From Bacteroidales bacterium (GTDB lineage: Bacteria > Bacteroidota > Bacteroidia > Bacteroidales > VadinHA17): 64,000 bases of DNA. Positions 10,000 through 18,981 of this stretch are shown here, piece after piece (position 1 is the stretch's first letter; each line of letters opens with the position of its first letter). The translations under genes and the position numbers were made by a program. The notes beneath the pieces are model-generated. The model was not told where the DNA came from, made no database searches, and worked only from the letters and a program-made list of their open reading frames with translations. The DNA lies in contig PLNF01000048.1 of NCBI GenBank assembly GCA_003141715.1, forward strand, positions 1,486 to 65,485. The letters run 5' to 3'.

Positions 10000-12486
10000 A
10001 TGAGAAAACCTTTTATTCTTCTGGATATATTTCTTTTTGTCTTTATGTGCAATAATGTCTATGCACAAATCCCTACTATTACCTCCTTCACACCTTCTTC
10101 CGGCCCGATTGGGACTACGGTTACTATTACAGGAACAAACTTTAGCACAATAGCTTCAAATAATATTGTATGGTTTGGTGCAACAAAGGCGCCAGTTTCT
10201 GCTGCCACTGCAACACAGCTTACAGTTACTGTACCGACAGGTGCAACATATCAACCTATTTCTGTGACTATAAGTGGTAACACGGCGTGCACCAACCCAC
10301 CCTTTACAGTCACTTTCCCAAGCTCGAAGGTGTTTGATGCAACAGCCTTTGCCTCAAAGGTTGACTTTACCACAACCGGGACAGGAGCGAACCCATCTAA
10401 TGTTGCCATAGGTGATATTGATGGGGACGGTAAACCGGATTTAGTTGTCACAAACTATACAAGCAATACTATTTCAGTCTTTAGGAACACCAGTAGCTCC
10501 GGCTCTCTCACAACAGGTTCATTCGCTCCAAGGATTGACTTTACCACAGGAACGAGTCCAAACTATGTTGCCATAGGTGACATTGATGGCGACGGTAAAC
10601 CGGATTTAGTCGTCGCTAACTTTATCGGCAATCAAGTCTCTGTCTTCAGAAATACAAGCACTCCAGGTTCTATTACAGCAGGCTCATTCTCTCCAAAGGT
10701 TGACTTAACTGCAGGAGCATCTCCTTTTAGTGTTTATATTGGTGACATTGATAGAGATGGCAAACCGGATTTAGTTGTTGTAAACTATAACAGCGGTACA
10801 ATTTCTGTTCTCAGGAATACCAGCACCTCCGGCTCAATTGGGGCAAGCTCATTTGCTGCAAAGGTGGACTATACCACCGGAACGAATCCATACTATGCTG
10901 CCATAGGTGACATTGATGGCGACGGTAAACCTGATGTAGTCGTGGCTAACTTTAACAGTAGTACAGTCTCCGTTCTCAGAAATACAAGCACTCCAGGTTC
11001 TATTACTGCAGGCTCATTCGCTGCAAAGGTTGACCTCACCACTGGACAAGGTACAATCAGTGTTGCCGTTGGAGACATTGATGGCGATGGAAAACCGGAT
11101 TTAGCCGTTTTAAACAGTCATACTAATACGGTTTCTATTTTCAGGAACATCAGCACCCCTGGTTCTATAACAGCAAGCTCATTTGACACTAAGGTCGACT
11201 TTACCACAGGATCGAGTCCATATAGTGTCATTATGGGTGATATTGATGGGGACGGGAAGCCGGATCTGGCTGTTGCAGATTTTGGTCCCAGTGCGGTTTC
11301 TATCTTAAGGAATACAAGCAGTTCCGGCGCCATCGGAGTAGGCTCATTCGCTACCAAGGTTGACTTCGACAATAATATTGGTTCATGGAGTATTTCCTTA
11401 GGTGATATAGATGGAGATGGCAAACCGGATTTAGCTATTGCAAGTACTGGTATCAATTTCGTTTCGGTGCTGAGGAATACAATATCCGATCCAACTGCTC
11501 CAATTGTAGGGACTATCACACAACCAACTTGTACTGTCTCAACAGGAAGTGTTATTTTAAACGGTTTGCCAGCGACAGGAACATGGACATTAATAAAAAT
11601 CCCTGGAGGAACAACAACTACAGGAACAGGAACAAGTTCAACAATAATAGGGCTTGCAGCTGGTACATATACATATACAGTGACCAATTCTTCAGGAGTT
11701 ACTTCAATCGCATCATCTGACGTAGTTATCAATGCCCAACCTTTACCACCACTAGCTCCAACTGTAGGAACTATCACACGACCAACTTGTACTATTTCAA
11801 CAGGAAGCGTTATTTTAAATGGTTTGCCGTCGACAGGAAACTGGACATTAACAGTGACTCCCGGAGGAACAACTACCACGGGAATAGGAACGAGTTCGAC
11901 TGTAATAGCGCTTGCAGTCGGTACATATACTTACACGGTAACCAATGCAACCGGATGTACTTCTGCAGAATCAGGAAATGTGGATATCTTGTTACCTAAG
12001 GCTGGGGTTATACCAAGAATTAAGGCAAAATGGGGCGATGTGCTTATCTGTTATAATCTGGAAGATTCTTTAACAAGCTACCAGTGGTACAATGGAAGTA
12101 GTGTAATTAGTGGAGCTAATGGTCAATACTATCTAACTAACAAACAAATAGGTTCTTATAAAGTATTAACCATGGACAAAAATGGATGTAAGAATTTCTC
12201 AAATGCAATTTCAATTCCAATCTCTGGTACAAAATCATTTTCAATTTATCCAAATCCGGCATCTGTTAGTTTTGCAATTAAATTAGATGATGAATCTATA
12301 GGCAGTGCCGTAGTCACAATATTAAATTCAGCCGGAATAAAAGTCATGGAATTTCAATTTGAAAATTTGAGTGATGAACTGCTCAAAGAGATACCTGTAA
12401 GTAATTTAAATGATGGAATATATATTGTTAAGGTGTTGCTGAATCATACAGATTTGTATTATAGAAGAATTGTTGTCAGTAAGTAA
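10000..12486 (+). CDS. T9SS-sorted surface protein: IPT/TIG-like domain, 7 FG-GAP/VCBS repeats, 2 tandem Ig-like modules, Por C-terminal sorting domain
   Basis: ATG 10000 gives the signal peptide MRKPFILLDIFLFVFMCNNVYAQ. Seven repeats fit F-x-x-K-V-D-F-T-T-G...IGDIDGDGKPDLVV...SV(F/L)RNTS. The C-terminus (SIYPNPASVSFAIKL...GIYIVKVL) is typical of T9SS CTDs. Confidence 0.85.
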   Translation: MRKPFILLDIFLFVFMCNNVYAQIPTITSFTPSSGPIGTTVTITGTNFSTIASNNIVWFGATKAPVSAATATQLTVTVPTGATYQPISVTISGNTACTNPPFTVTFPSSKVFDATAFASKVDFTTTGTGANPSNVAIGDIDGDGKPDLVVTNYTSNTISVFRNTSSSGSLTTGSFAPRIDFTTGTSPNYVAIGDIDGDGKPDLVVANFIGNQVSVFRNTSTPGSITAGSFSPKVDLTAGASPFSVYIGDIDRDGKPDLVVVNYNSGTISVLRNTSTSGSIGASSFAAKVDYTTGTNPYYAAIGDIDGDGKPDVVVANFNSSTVSVLRNTSTPGSITAGSFAAKVDLTTGQGTISVAVGDIDGDGKPDLAVLNSHTNTVSIFRNISTPGSITASSFDTKVDFTTGSSPYSVIMGDIDGDGKPDLAVADFGPSAVSILRNTSSSGAIGVGSFATKVDFDNNIGSWSISLGDIDGDGKPDLAIASTGINFVSVLRNTISDPTAPIVGTITQPTCTVSTGSVILNGLPATGTWTLIKIPGGTTTTGTGTSSTIIGLAAGTYTYTVTNSSGVTSIASSDVVINAQPLPPLAPTVGTITRPTCTISTGSVILNGLPSTGNWTLTVTPGGTTTTGIGTSSTVIALAVGTYTYTVTNATGCTSAESGNVDILLPKAGVIPRIKAKWGDVLICYNLEDSLTSYQWYNGSSVISGANGQYYLTNKQIGSYKVLTMDKNGCKNFSNAISIPISGTKSFSIYPNPASVSFAIKLDDESIGSAVVTILNSAGIKVMEFQFENLSDELLKEIPVSNLNDGIYIVKVLLNHTDLYYRRIVVSK
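10348..11480 (+). repeat. Intragenic tandem array: 7 units of about 165 bp encoding the FG-GAP blades
   Basis: The repeat is obvious at both protein and DNA level. For example, ggtgacattgatggcgacggtaaaccggatttagt recurs with few changes. Confidence 0.9.
11497..11946 (+). repeat. Intragenic tandem duplication with a 258-bp period (two modules)
   Basis: 11497..11688 aligns with 11755..11946. Unit 1 reads APIVGTITQPTCTVSTGSVILNGLPATGTWTL...GTYTYTVTN and unit 2 reads APTVGTITRPTCTISTGSVILNGLPSTGNWTL...GTYTYTVTN. Confidence 0.9.
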
Positions 12487-12514
12487 ATTTCATAATGAGC
12501 TAACTACTTCCAAG

Positions 12515-13399
12515 ATGAGACTCAGAATTTTAAATATCAATCATATCCTCCTCACTGCCTTTCTGATATTAAGTTTTCAAATTAATATCTATTCTCAGGG
12601 AACTGATATAAGTCGTGGAAAACAACCGAGTCTTTTTGTTGGGCTTAGTTTGGGACCATCGCAATCTCAGATTATAAATATAGGGACCCTGTCTATTTCA
12701 GATCTTCTTGCCAACAAAAAGAGTTCCTTCTTTGGATTTGTGGATATCGGATATTTCTTTTCGAACTATTTCGGATTGTCATCAGGAATAGGTTATACAT
12801 CATATAATACTCAGTTAACACTTAGTACCTATCAAAATACTCCATTTGGTACTACCGATTCAGAGAATGAAGCTTATAAAAGGAGCGTTTCAGGCTCTGA
12901 TATTAAAGAGATACAGAAAATTAGTTTTTTAAGTATCCCATTTTGCATTAATTTTCGCTTGCCTTTTAATAAAACAATCGGTTTCTATTTACAGTCCGGC
13001 GTAAATCTGGCAATTACATTAAATAGAAATTACGTGAGCAGTGGAACTTTCTCATATACAGGTTACTATCCTGAGTATAATGTTACGCTTGAAAATCTTC
13101 CTCAATATGGATTTTCGAGTAACGTCAGCATTAGTAAAGATGGTGAATTAGAATTAAAATCATTGGTTTTTAATGCTATTGCTTCTGCTGGATTTGACTT
13201 CTTCATTCAGAAAAAAATTCAGTTTGCAATAGCCGCTTATTTCAATAAATCGCTTTCAAATATCTCTGGTTACTCGTCGCCTGATAAATTCCAGCTTTCG
13301 TCAGAAATCAATCAAATCAATAGTATGATGGGAGGAACCAGCAAAGCTACAACTCAATCTGTTGGGCTGAGACTGTCAATTCGTTATTATTTAAAATAG
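12515..13399 (+). CDS. Outer-membrane beta-barrel protein (porin/OmpA-barrel-like family)
   Basis: ATG 12515 gives the signal peptide MRLRILNINHILLTAFLILSFQINIYSQ. The body has an alternating beta-strand pattern rich in G/S/Y/F and ends in ...VGLRLSIRYYLK. The family assignment is generic. Confidence 0.6.
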   Translation: MRLRILNINHILLTAFLILSFQINIYSQGTDISRGKQPSLFVGLSLGPSQSQIINIGTLSISDLLANKKSSFFGFVDIGYFFSNYFGLSSGIGYTSYNTQLTLSTYQNTPFGTTDSENEAYKRSVSGSDIKEIQKISFLSIPFCINFRLPFNKTIGFYLQSGVNLAITLNRNYVSSGTFSYTGYYPEYNVTLENLPQYGFSSNVSISKDGELELKSLVFNAIASAGFDFFIQKKIQFAIAAYFNKSLSNISGYSSPDKFQLSSEINQINSMMGGTSKATTQSVGLRLSIRYYLK

Positions 13400-13890
13400 G
13401 AAGGAACCTAAAATTGTTGACTTATAAAGTCCTTAAAGTTAAAAAGATTTGAATGATTTACTTGTCGAATAAACATCACGACTCAGAGTTACATTAAGGA
13501 TATGTTATTAGTGGGAATGCTAGTGGCCGTGACCATCTTTGACCAGAATAAACTGACCGACAAAATCCGATGTTAAATGCTTGTTGTATAGTTGTTGTGT
13601 ATGTTAAATGTATTCAGACCGGCCAGATGTGGTCAGATAGTCTGGCTTTTCTAAAGTACGTCCATAAACATTACGAAATGGTCTAAGTAAACCAGTATAA
13701 AAGATTTTTAGAAAATCATCGATACATAATCAAAATTCTGATTGAAATAGTGTTTATTTCAACTTACTACTTTCTACTTCGATTTAATATCAAATCTTAG
13801 AGAATATAGATAATTGCATCTGAAAGAAATCTGTTAGCACAAGCCAGCTAATGTTCTTTAAATAAAAAATATTCTAATGGGAAGTAATAT

Positions 13891-13957
13891 CCAAAAAACA
13901 AACGACGACAATTACCATTTGTGTCACGGCCATACAGTTTTCCCAATAAATTGACCA
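13891..13957 (+). repeat. 67-bp direct repeat, copy 2 (partner at 7500..7566)
   Basis: ccaaaaaacaaacgacgacaattaccatttgtgtcacggccatacagttttcccaataaattgacca. Ends 16 nt before the 3' end of hicB. Confidence 0.9.
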
Positions 13958-13973
13958 AACCCCGCCACAAATA

Positions 13974-14366
13974 TTATAGTAAAAATCTAACTTCCGAAAG
14001 TTCTCTCCCTATTTGCTGAACACCTTCTAATATCCGTTTGGTTTGAGAAATGGAAGGCTTTTTATTCCCTCTGATATATTGAGCCAGCAAACTTTGGTTC
14101 ATTCCAATCCGTTCAGAAAGTGCCTTTGCATTTATAACCTTGTAAAAGTCAAAGAAACTTTCAAGATCATATTTAAACTCAATTTCATCAATTGTATAAA
14201 CAAAGCCTTTATCCTCAAAAGAAAGATTTACTGCATCCAGTATCATAGCTTTGAGGTCATTAAAGTTATCCCCCTGAGTACCGATAAAATCATCTGCTAC
14301 TTTAGTATAAGCGCTATAACCGGTATCTTCTTTAACTATAGTCATTTTAATCTTAGGCTTTTTCAT
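13974..14366 (-). CDS. hicB: HicB-family antitoxin with C-terminal XRE-type HTH
   Basis: 130 aa. HicB-like N-domain (MTIVKEDTGYSAYTKV...) and HTH (LSERIGMNQSLLAQYIRGNKKPSISQTKRI). Its ATG overlaps the hicA stop by 4 nt (ATGA). Confidence 0.8.
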   Translation of the reverse strand: MKKPKIKMTIVKEDTGYSAYTKVADDFIGTQGDNFNDLKAMILDAVNLSFEDKGFVYTIDEIEFKYDLESFFDFYKVINAKALSERIGMNQSLLAQYIRGNKKPSISQTKRILEGVQQIGRELSEVRFLL

Positions 14367-14596
14367 CTTTTATCAGTTTTAATATTCGCTTGTTTTAAGA
14401 TTTTTTTTAACAGTCCCTTTTTAACTTCTTTTGAGCTATGGAATGGAACAGATAAAGTACCTTTTCTTTCAGGATGGTTCATGATGACATGGCTTCCTGA
14501 TTGTCGAATTTCATACCAACCATTGTTTTTTAAAAGTTTAAAAAGTTCGCTACATTTCACATAAGCAAAGGTAATAAATATATTACTTATACGCAA
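14363..14596 (-). CDS. hicA: HicA-family mRNA interferase toxin
   Basis: Contains KCSELFKLLKNNGWYEIRQSGSHVIMNHPERKGTLSVPFHSSKEVKKGLLKKILKQANI, which has the HicA GSH...HP...VP.H pattern. The true start may be the GTG at 14560, giving a 65-aa protein. Confidence 0.8.
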   Translation of the reverse strand: MRISNIFITFAYVKCSELFKLLKNNGWYEIRQSGSHVIMNHPERKGTLSVPFHSSKEVKKGLLKKILKQANIKTDKR

Positions 14597-14650
14597 GTGA
14601 ATAATTACAGATTAATGCTAAATTATTAATTTAGGTTCTATATAAACATA

Positions 14651-14658
14651 TACCTTTG
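14651..14658 (+). promoter_or_regulatory. Candidate -7 box TACCTTTG for the MBL hydrolase gene
   Basis: Exact TAnnTTTG match, 24 nt upstream of ATG 14682. Confidence 0.4.
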
Positions 14659-14681
14659 ACTCCGATTAAAATATAATATTG

Positions 14682-15482
14682 ATGAAGCTGAATTTTTGCA
14701 GTCTTAGCAGCGGAAGTAGCGGAAATTGTTATTACATAGGTAACGAGTTCTATGGAATATTGATCGATGCCGGAATTTCAGCAACTTCGATACGTAAGTT
14801 TCTGAAGGATATCGGTATATCCATGCAGACTATTATGGGTGTAATGATAACACATAACCACATTGATCATATCCGTGGATTAGAAGTGCTTACGAGGAAA
14901 AACAGTCTGCCGGCATTTACTACCCGTAAAATCTGGGAAAGCATTCTCACTCTTCAAAAGAAAATATCCCTGGACTGTATCCGCGAAATTTCCTTACAGC
15001 AAAAGTTCCATTTGGCAGGTTTTGATATCGAGGCATTTCCGGTTTATCATGATGCTCCGGAAACCATAGGGTTCCATATTTGTGCAGGGGATAAGAAAAT
15101 AACAATTGCTACCGATCTGGGACATATTTGCCAGACGGCTGCTCTTTATATAAAAGAAGCAAATTTGCTTGTTATTGAGTCAAATTACGATGAAGAGATG
15201 CTGGTGAATGGCAATTACCCTTACTATTTAAAATCAAGGATAAAGTCGGACCATGGACATTTAGGGAATTATCAGACCTCAGTTTTTCTGGCAGATATTT
15301 TTAACGACAATCTAAGCCATATTTGTCTTGCTCATCTGAGTAAGAACAATAATACCCCTGAAAAAGCGCTTCAGACCCTGCAGCAGACTTTTTCTGAGCG
15401 GGGCATTATCTTAAAGAGTCAACAGCGAATATCGATTCTGAATCGTAATGTGCCAACTGAGATGATACGATTGGTTGAATAA
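14682..15482 (+). CDS. MBL-fold metallo-hydrolase
   Basis: H-x-H-x-D-H motif (ITHNHIDHIRG), plus the later SDHGHL and LAHLS motifs. Confidence 0.8.
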   Translation: MKLNFCSLSSGSSGNCYYIGNEFYGILIDAGISATSIRKFLKDIGISMQTIMGVMITHNHIDHIRGLEVLTRKNSLPAFTTRKIWESILTLQKKISLDCIREISLQQKFHLAGFDIEAFPVYHDAPETIGFHICAGDKKITIATDLGHICQTAALYIKEANLLVIESNYDEEMLVNGNYPYYLKSRIKSDHGHLGNYQTSVFLADIFNDNLSHICLAHLSKNNNTPEKALQTLQQTFSERGIILKSQQRISILNRNVPTEMIRLVE

Positions 15483-15711
15483 ATGGTCCTTAATACCACT
15501 GGAAAAAAGCAACAATGTACCCTATTTATACCTCAGAATATTAGATAACTCTTTGAAATTCAACGGAAGTTACTTTTTGTATCGAAAATAATTATAGGTT
15601 TTGAAAACTTTAAATTGTTTACTTCTTTTCATTGTCAAATATCAACCAAAATTGCAGATATTTGATATTGATTAGAACTTTTAATTCATTTACTAATAAC
15701 ACATAAATTTT

Positions 15712-18144
15712 ATGAAAACCAGGAATACTACTATTCGTCAACTGAAGTATCTTATTTTAGTGATCTCTATAATCCTGTTTAAATATTCACCCATTGTGGC
15801 TCAGATTCCAATCTACTCACCCGACAAAAATCAGGAGTTGCTGAATGAACCTTTTGATATCAGCGGAGATTTCCGGAATTTTACTAATACATATTATCTG
15901 GCTGATAGTCTTTCCTCTTTCGATCCGAAAACCGGTAAAGGTGAGATTACTTACAGGCGTTATGAAAATGTTACCAGGGAAGCTTTTAACAATATGATGG
16001 GAGTTCTGAGACCTGTCGAACCAAATGAATTTCCAACTGGGGAATATGCAGTGTCACCATCCCTCCCCTTTTCAATTGAATTTATTTCTGCAAGAACAAT
16101 ACGCATAAGGGCAAGTTCACGTTTTCAGGTAAAACCTGATCAGGAATCGCTTATGCTTGTCAATGGGAAGCCACCTCATGACAATAGTTCGTGGCAATAT
16201 AATAAGATTGATGGTGGTTACAGCTATACCGGTCCCTACGGTTCGGTAACTATTACAAAATATCCGTGGCATGTTGAAATACGCGATGCGGCAGGAAAAG
16301 TGCTTACTCATACAGTTCATAATTCAGACGGTGCAGAGACATTTATTCCAATATTACCTTTTTCCTTTGTCCGCAGAGCATCCGATTATTCAACAAGCAT
16401 GTCTGCAGTCTTCTCATTGTCACCTGACGAAAAAATATTTGGCTGCGGAGAATCTTTCACTGAATTTAATAAACGAGGTCAGAAAGTTGTACTGTGGGCC
16501 GACGATGCCAACGGTGCACAGAATGAGGCGATGTATAAACCAATCCCGTTTTTTATGAGCAATCGCGGATATGGTGTCTTCATGCATACATCATCACCCA
16601 TTACATGTGATTTCGGAAAATATTATAGCGGTATTTATTCCCTTATGATAGGCGATGATGAGGCTGACCTGTTTATTTTTCTTGGAGAACCTAAAGATAT
16701 CCTGAATGAGTACACCAACCTGACCGGCAAGGCTGCAATGCCACCACTCTGGTCTTTTGGTTTCTGGATGAGCCGGATTAGCTATTTTTCTGAAGCTGAA
16801 GGACGTGCTGTCACAAAGAAACTTAGAGATAACCTTATCCCGAGCGATGTCCTACACTTCGATACAGGATGGTTTGAGAAAGACTGGAGATGCGATTACC
16901 AGTTCTCGAAAACACGTTTCACCGATGCCACCAAGATGATGGCTGATTTTAAGAAAATTGGATTCCAGACCAGCTTATGGCAACTTCCCTATTTCGTACC
17001 TAAAAATACTTTGTTCCCTGAAATCATAGAAAAAGGTCTTTATGTGAAAGATGCTAAAGGTAATCTTCCATTTGAAGATGCTGTTCTTGATTTTTCAAAT
17101 CCTGCGACAGTAAGCTGGTACCAGGATAAGATTGCAGGATTATTAAAACAGGGCGTCGGTGTTATAAAGGTAGATTTCGGTGAAGCCGCTCCGAAAAATG
17201 GATTATACTTTTCAGGACGAACCGGATTTTATGAGCACAATCTCTATCCGCTCCGGTATAATAAAGCTGTTGCTGAAATTACAAAACAGGTGACCGGAGA
17301 GACAATTATTTGGGCACGCAGTGCATGGGCCGGAAGTCAGCGTTATCCTGTCCATTGGGGAGGCGATGCTGAAAATACTAACACCTCAATGGCAGCAACT
17401 CTGAGAGCCGGATTATCTTTTGGTCTTTCCGGATTTTCATTCTGGTCACATGACATCGGTGGATTCGTAAATAAAAAGCCTGAAGATCTCTATCGTCGCT
17501 GGACTCCATTCGGAATGCTGTCTTCCCATACCAGGAGTCATGGTGCACCACCCACCGAACCATGGGAATACGGCGAAAATTTTATGAATGCTTTCAGGCT
17601 TGCTGATAATATGAGATATGAACTTATGCCTTATATCTATTCTCAGGCGAAAGACTGCACTGAAAAAGGTCTCCCGATGTTACGTGCATTGTTTATTGAA
17701 TATCCTGAAGATAAGGGCTCATGGCTGATTGACAATGAGTACTTGTTCGGTTCCGATATGCTGGTAGCTCCGTTGTTTGAAAGTGTTACAAAACGTGATG
17801 TCTATCTCCCACCCGGACAGTGGATCGATTACCAGACCGGGAAAGTATATTCCGGGGGATGGCATAATATCGAGGCAGGAAAGATTCCGATTATTGTCCT
17901 GGTACACGAAGGTTCAGTTATACCGCATATAGCTCTTGCTCAATCTACAACTCAGATGGATTGGTCAAAACTGGAACTTGTGGTTTACTCAATTGACTCA
18001 CAAAAGGTAAATGGAATGATCTGTTTGCCATCCGACAAAGTGCTGCATAAGATATCATTAGCTAGAAAAAATGGTGTTTTCGCGCTTGAAACTGATCCGT
18101 TTGCCGGTAAGGTTAGGTGGAAGATCAGGATGTATTCCAAATAG
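15712..18144 (+). CDS. Glycoside hydrolase family 31 (alpha-xylosidase/alpha-glucosidase type), secreted
   Basis: 810 aa with a signal peptide. GH31-like motifs GVIKVDFGE (nucleophile region, compare YicI KTDFGE) and HWGGDAEN. Substrate specificity was not determined. Confidence 0.75.
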   Translation: MKTRNTTIRQLKYLILVISIILFKYSPIVAQIPIYSPDKNQELLNEPFDISGDFRNFTNTYYLADSLSSFDPKTGKGEITYRRYENVTREAFNNMMGVLRPVEPNEFPTGEYAVSPSLPFSIEFISARTIRIRASSRFQVKPDQESLMLVNGKPPHDNSSWQYNKIDGGYSYTGPYGSVTITKYPWHVEIRDAAGKVLTHTVHNSDGAETFIPILPFSFVRRASDYSTSMSAVFSLSPDEKIFGCGESFTEFNKRGQKVVLWADDANGAQNEAMYKPIPFFMSNRGYGVFMHTSSPITCDFGKYYSGIYSLMIGDDEADLFIFLGEPKDILNEYTNLTGKAAMPPLWSFGFWMSRISYFSEAEGRAVTKKLRDNLIPSDVLHFDTGWFEKDWRCDYQFSKTRFTDATKMMADFKKIGFQTSLWQLPYFVPKNTLFPEIIEKGLYVKDAKGNLPFEDAVLDFSNPATVSWYQDKIAGLLKQGVGVIKVDFGEAAPKNGLYFSGRTGFYEHNLYPLRYNKAVAEITKQVTGETIIWARSAWAGSQRYPVHWGGDAENTNTSMAATLRAGLSFGLSGFSFWSHDIGGFVNKKPEDLYRRWTPFGMLSSHTRSHGAPPTEPWEYGENFMNAFRLADNMRYELMPYIYSQAKDCTEKGLPMLRALFIEYPEDKGSWLIDNEYLFGSDMLVAPLFESVTKRDVYLPPGQWIDYQTGKVYSGGWHNIEAGKIPIIVLVHEGSVIPHIALAQSTTQMDWSKLELVVYSIDSQKVNGMICLPSDKVLHKISLARKNGVFALETDPFAGKVRWKIRMYSK

Positions 18145-18431
18145 CTGATTTATTGAGAAAGAGATCCCTCGCTGACGCTCGGGATGACATATCTGCTTGA
18201 GGGCATAAGGGAAAAAGTGAGGAATCTCCAGTTCTCCAAACGACCTCCCCTTATTGGCTGATCAACCTCAAAGGATGCAGCGTATGACTTTACACTATTC
18301 ATTCGGCCCCGCATATAGGGATCAACAGAAATGGTACATTGTTTAAATAATTCCTGCAAAATATTTCCGGTTTTAGATGTAACCATTTGTACCTTTACGA
18401 GTAATCAATATAGGAACTAAAAAATCAAACA

Positions 18432-18971
18432 GTGGCAGATATTCCTGACGAAGTAATTATGCAGCATGTGAAAGATGGAAATCTGGCTGAGATGTCGGTC
18501 CTGTTTGAACGGTATCATATCAGGTTGTATAACTTTTTTTTAAAATTTACAAGGAACAAGGATATCAGCCAGGACCTTACTCAAAATTTGTTTTACAGGA
18601 TGATAAAGTATAAAAATTCATATAAAAACGAACTCAGTGTCAAATCATGGATGTATCAGATGGCCAGGAATCTTCATATCGATTATTGTAAGGAGGAAAA
18701 GAGATCAGAAGAGCTCTTCCTGAAAACCGATTCCTATCCTGTTGACGTAACTGATGATAATTCCGGTTACCCGGAAGAAGATTATGAAAGACTTGAGGAG
18801 GCATTTTCTGTCCTTACCAATGAACAAAAGGAAATTATTGTGCTGAGCAGGTACCAGGGATTGAAATATGAAGAAATTTCACTCATAATAAATCAATCGG
18901 TACCAGCAATCAAAGTGGCCATGCACAGAGCCATTAAAAGACTAAGGGGTATCTATTTTAATCAGATTTAA
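18432..18971 (+). CDS. ECF-type RNA polymerase sigma factor
   Basis: 179 aa. The sigma-70 region 2 (DLTQNLFYRMIKY...SWMYQMARNLHIDY) and region 4 (EIIVLSRYQGLKYEEISLIINQSVPAIKVAMHRAIKRLR) layout is recognisable. The ORF start is GTG 18432; an ATG at 18459 is the alternative. Confidence 0.8.
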   Translation: MADIPDEVIMQHVKDGNLAEMSVLFERYHIRLYNFFLKFTRNKDISQDLTQNLFYRMIKYKNSYKNELSVKSWMYQMARNLHIDYCKEEKRSEELFLKTDSYPVDVTDDNSGYPEEDYERLEEAFSVLTNEQKEIIVLSRYQGLKYEEISLIINQSVPAIKVAMHRAIKRLRGIYFNQI

Positions 18972-18981
18972 GAGAAGAACT

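Noticed and set aside
11118-11879. 253-aa ORF antisense to the FG-GAP/T9SS gene
   Set aside because: It lies entirely inside, and opposite to, a gene with strong repeat and domain evidence. Its translation is a low-complexity mirror of the repeats (PVV, GLPSPSISP), typical of a shadow ORF.
10348-11946. Regular tandem repeats considered as a possible CRISPR array
   Set aside because: The units are 165 and 258 bp, contiguous with no unique spacers, in frame, and encode FG-GAP blades and Ig-like modules. No cas genes are present in the window.
12470-12514. TTG-initiated 5' extension of the OMP ORF overlapping the upstream gene
   Set aside because: The extension has no signal-peptide character. 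ATG 12515 yields a canonical signal peptide and removes the overlap.
18150-18386. 78-aa minus-strand ORF between GH31 and the ECF sigma gene
   Set aside because: It has no motifs and no plausible promoter context. It spans a short G/C-rich palindromic repeat (ccctcgctgacgctcgggatgac) of the kind that produces spurious ORFs.
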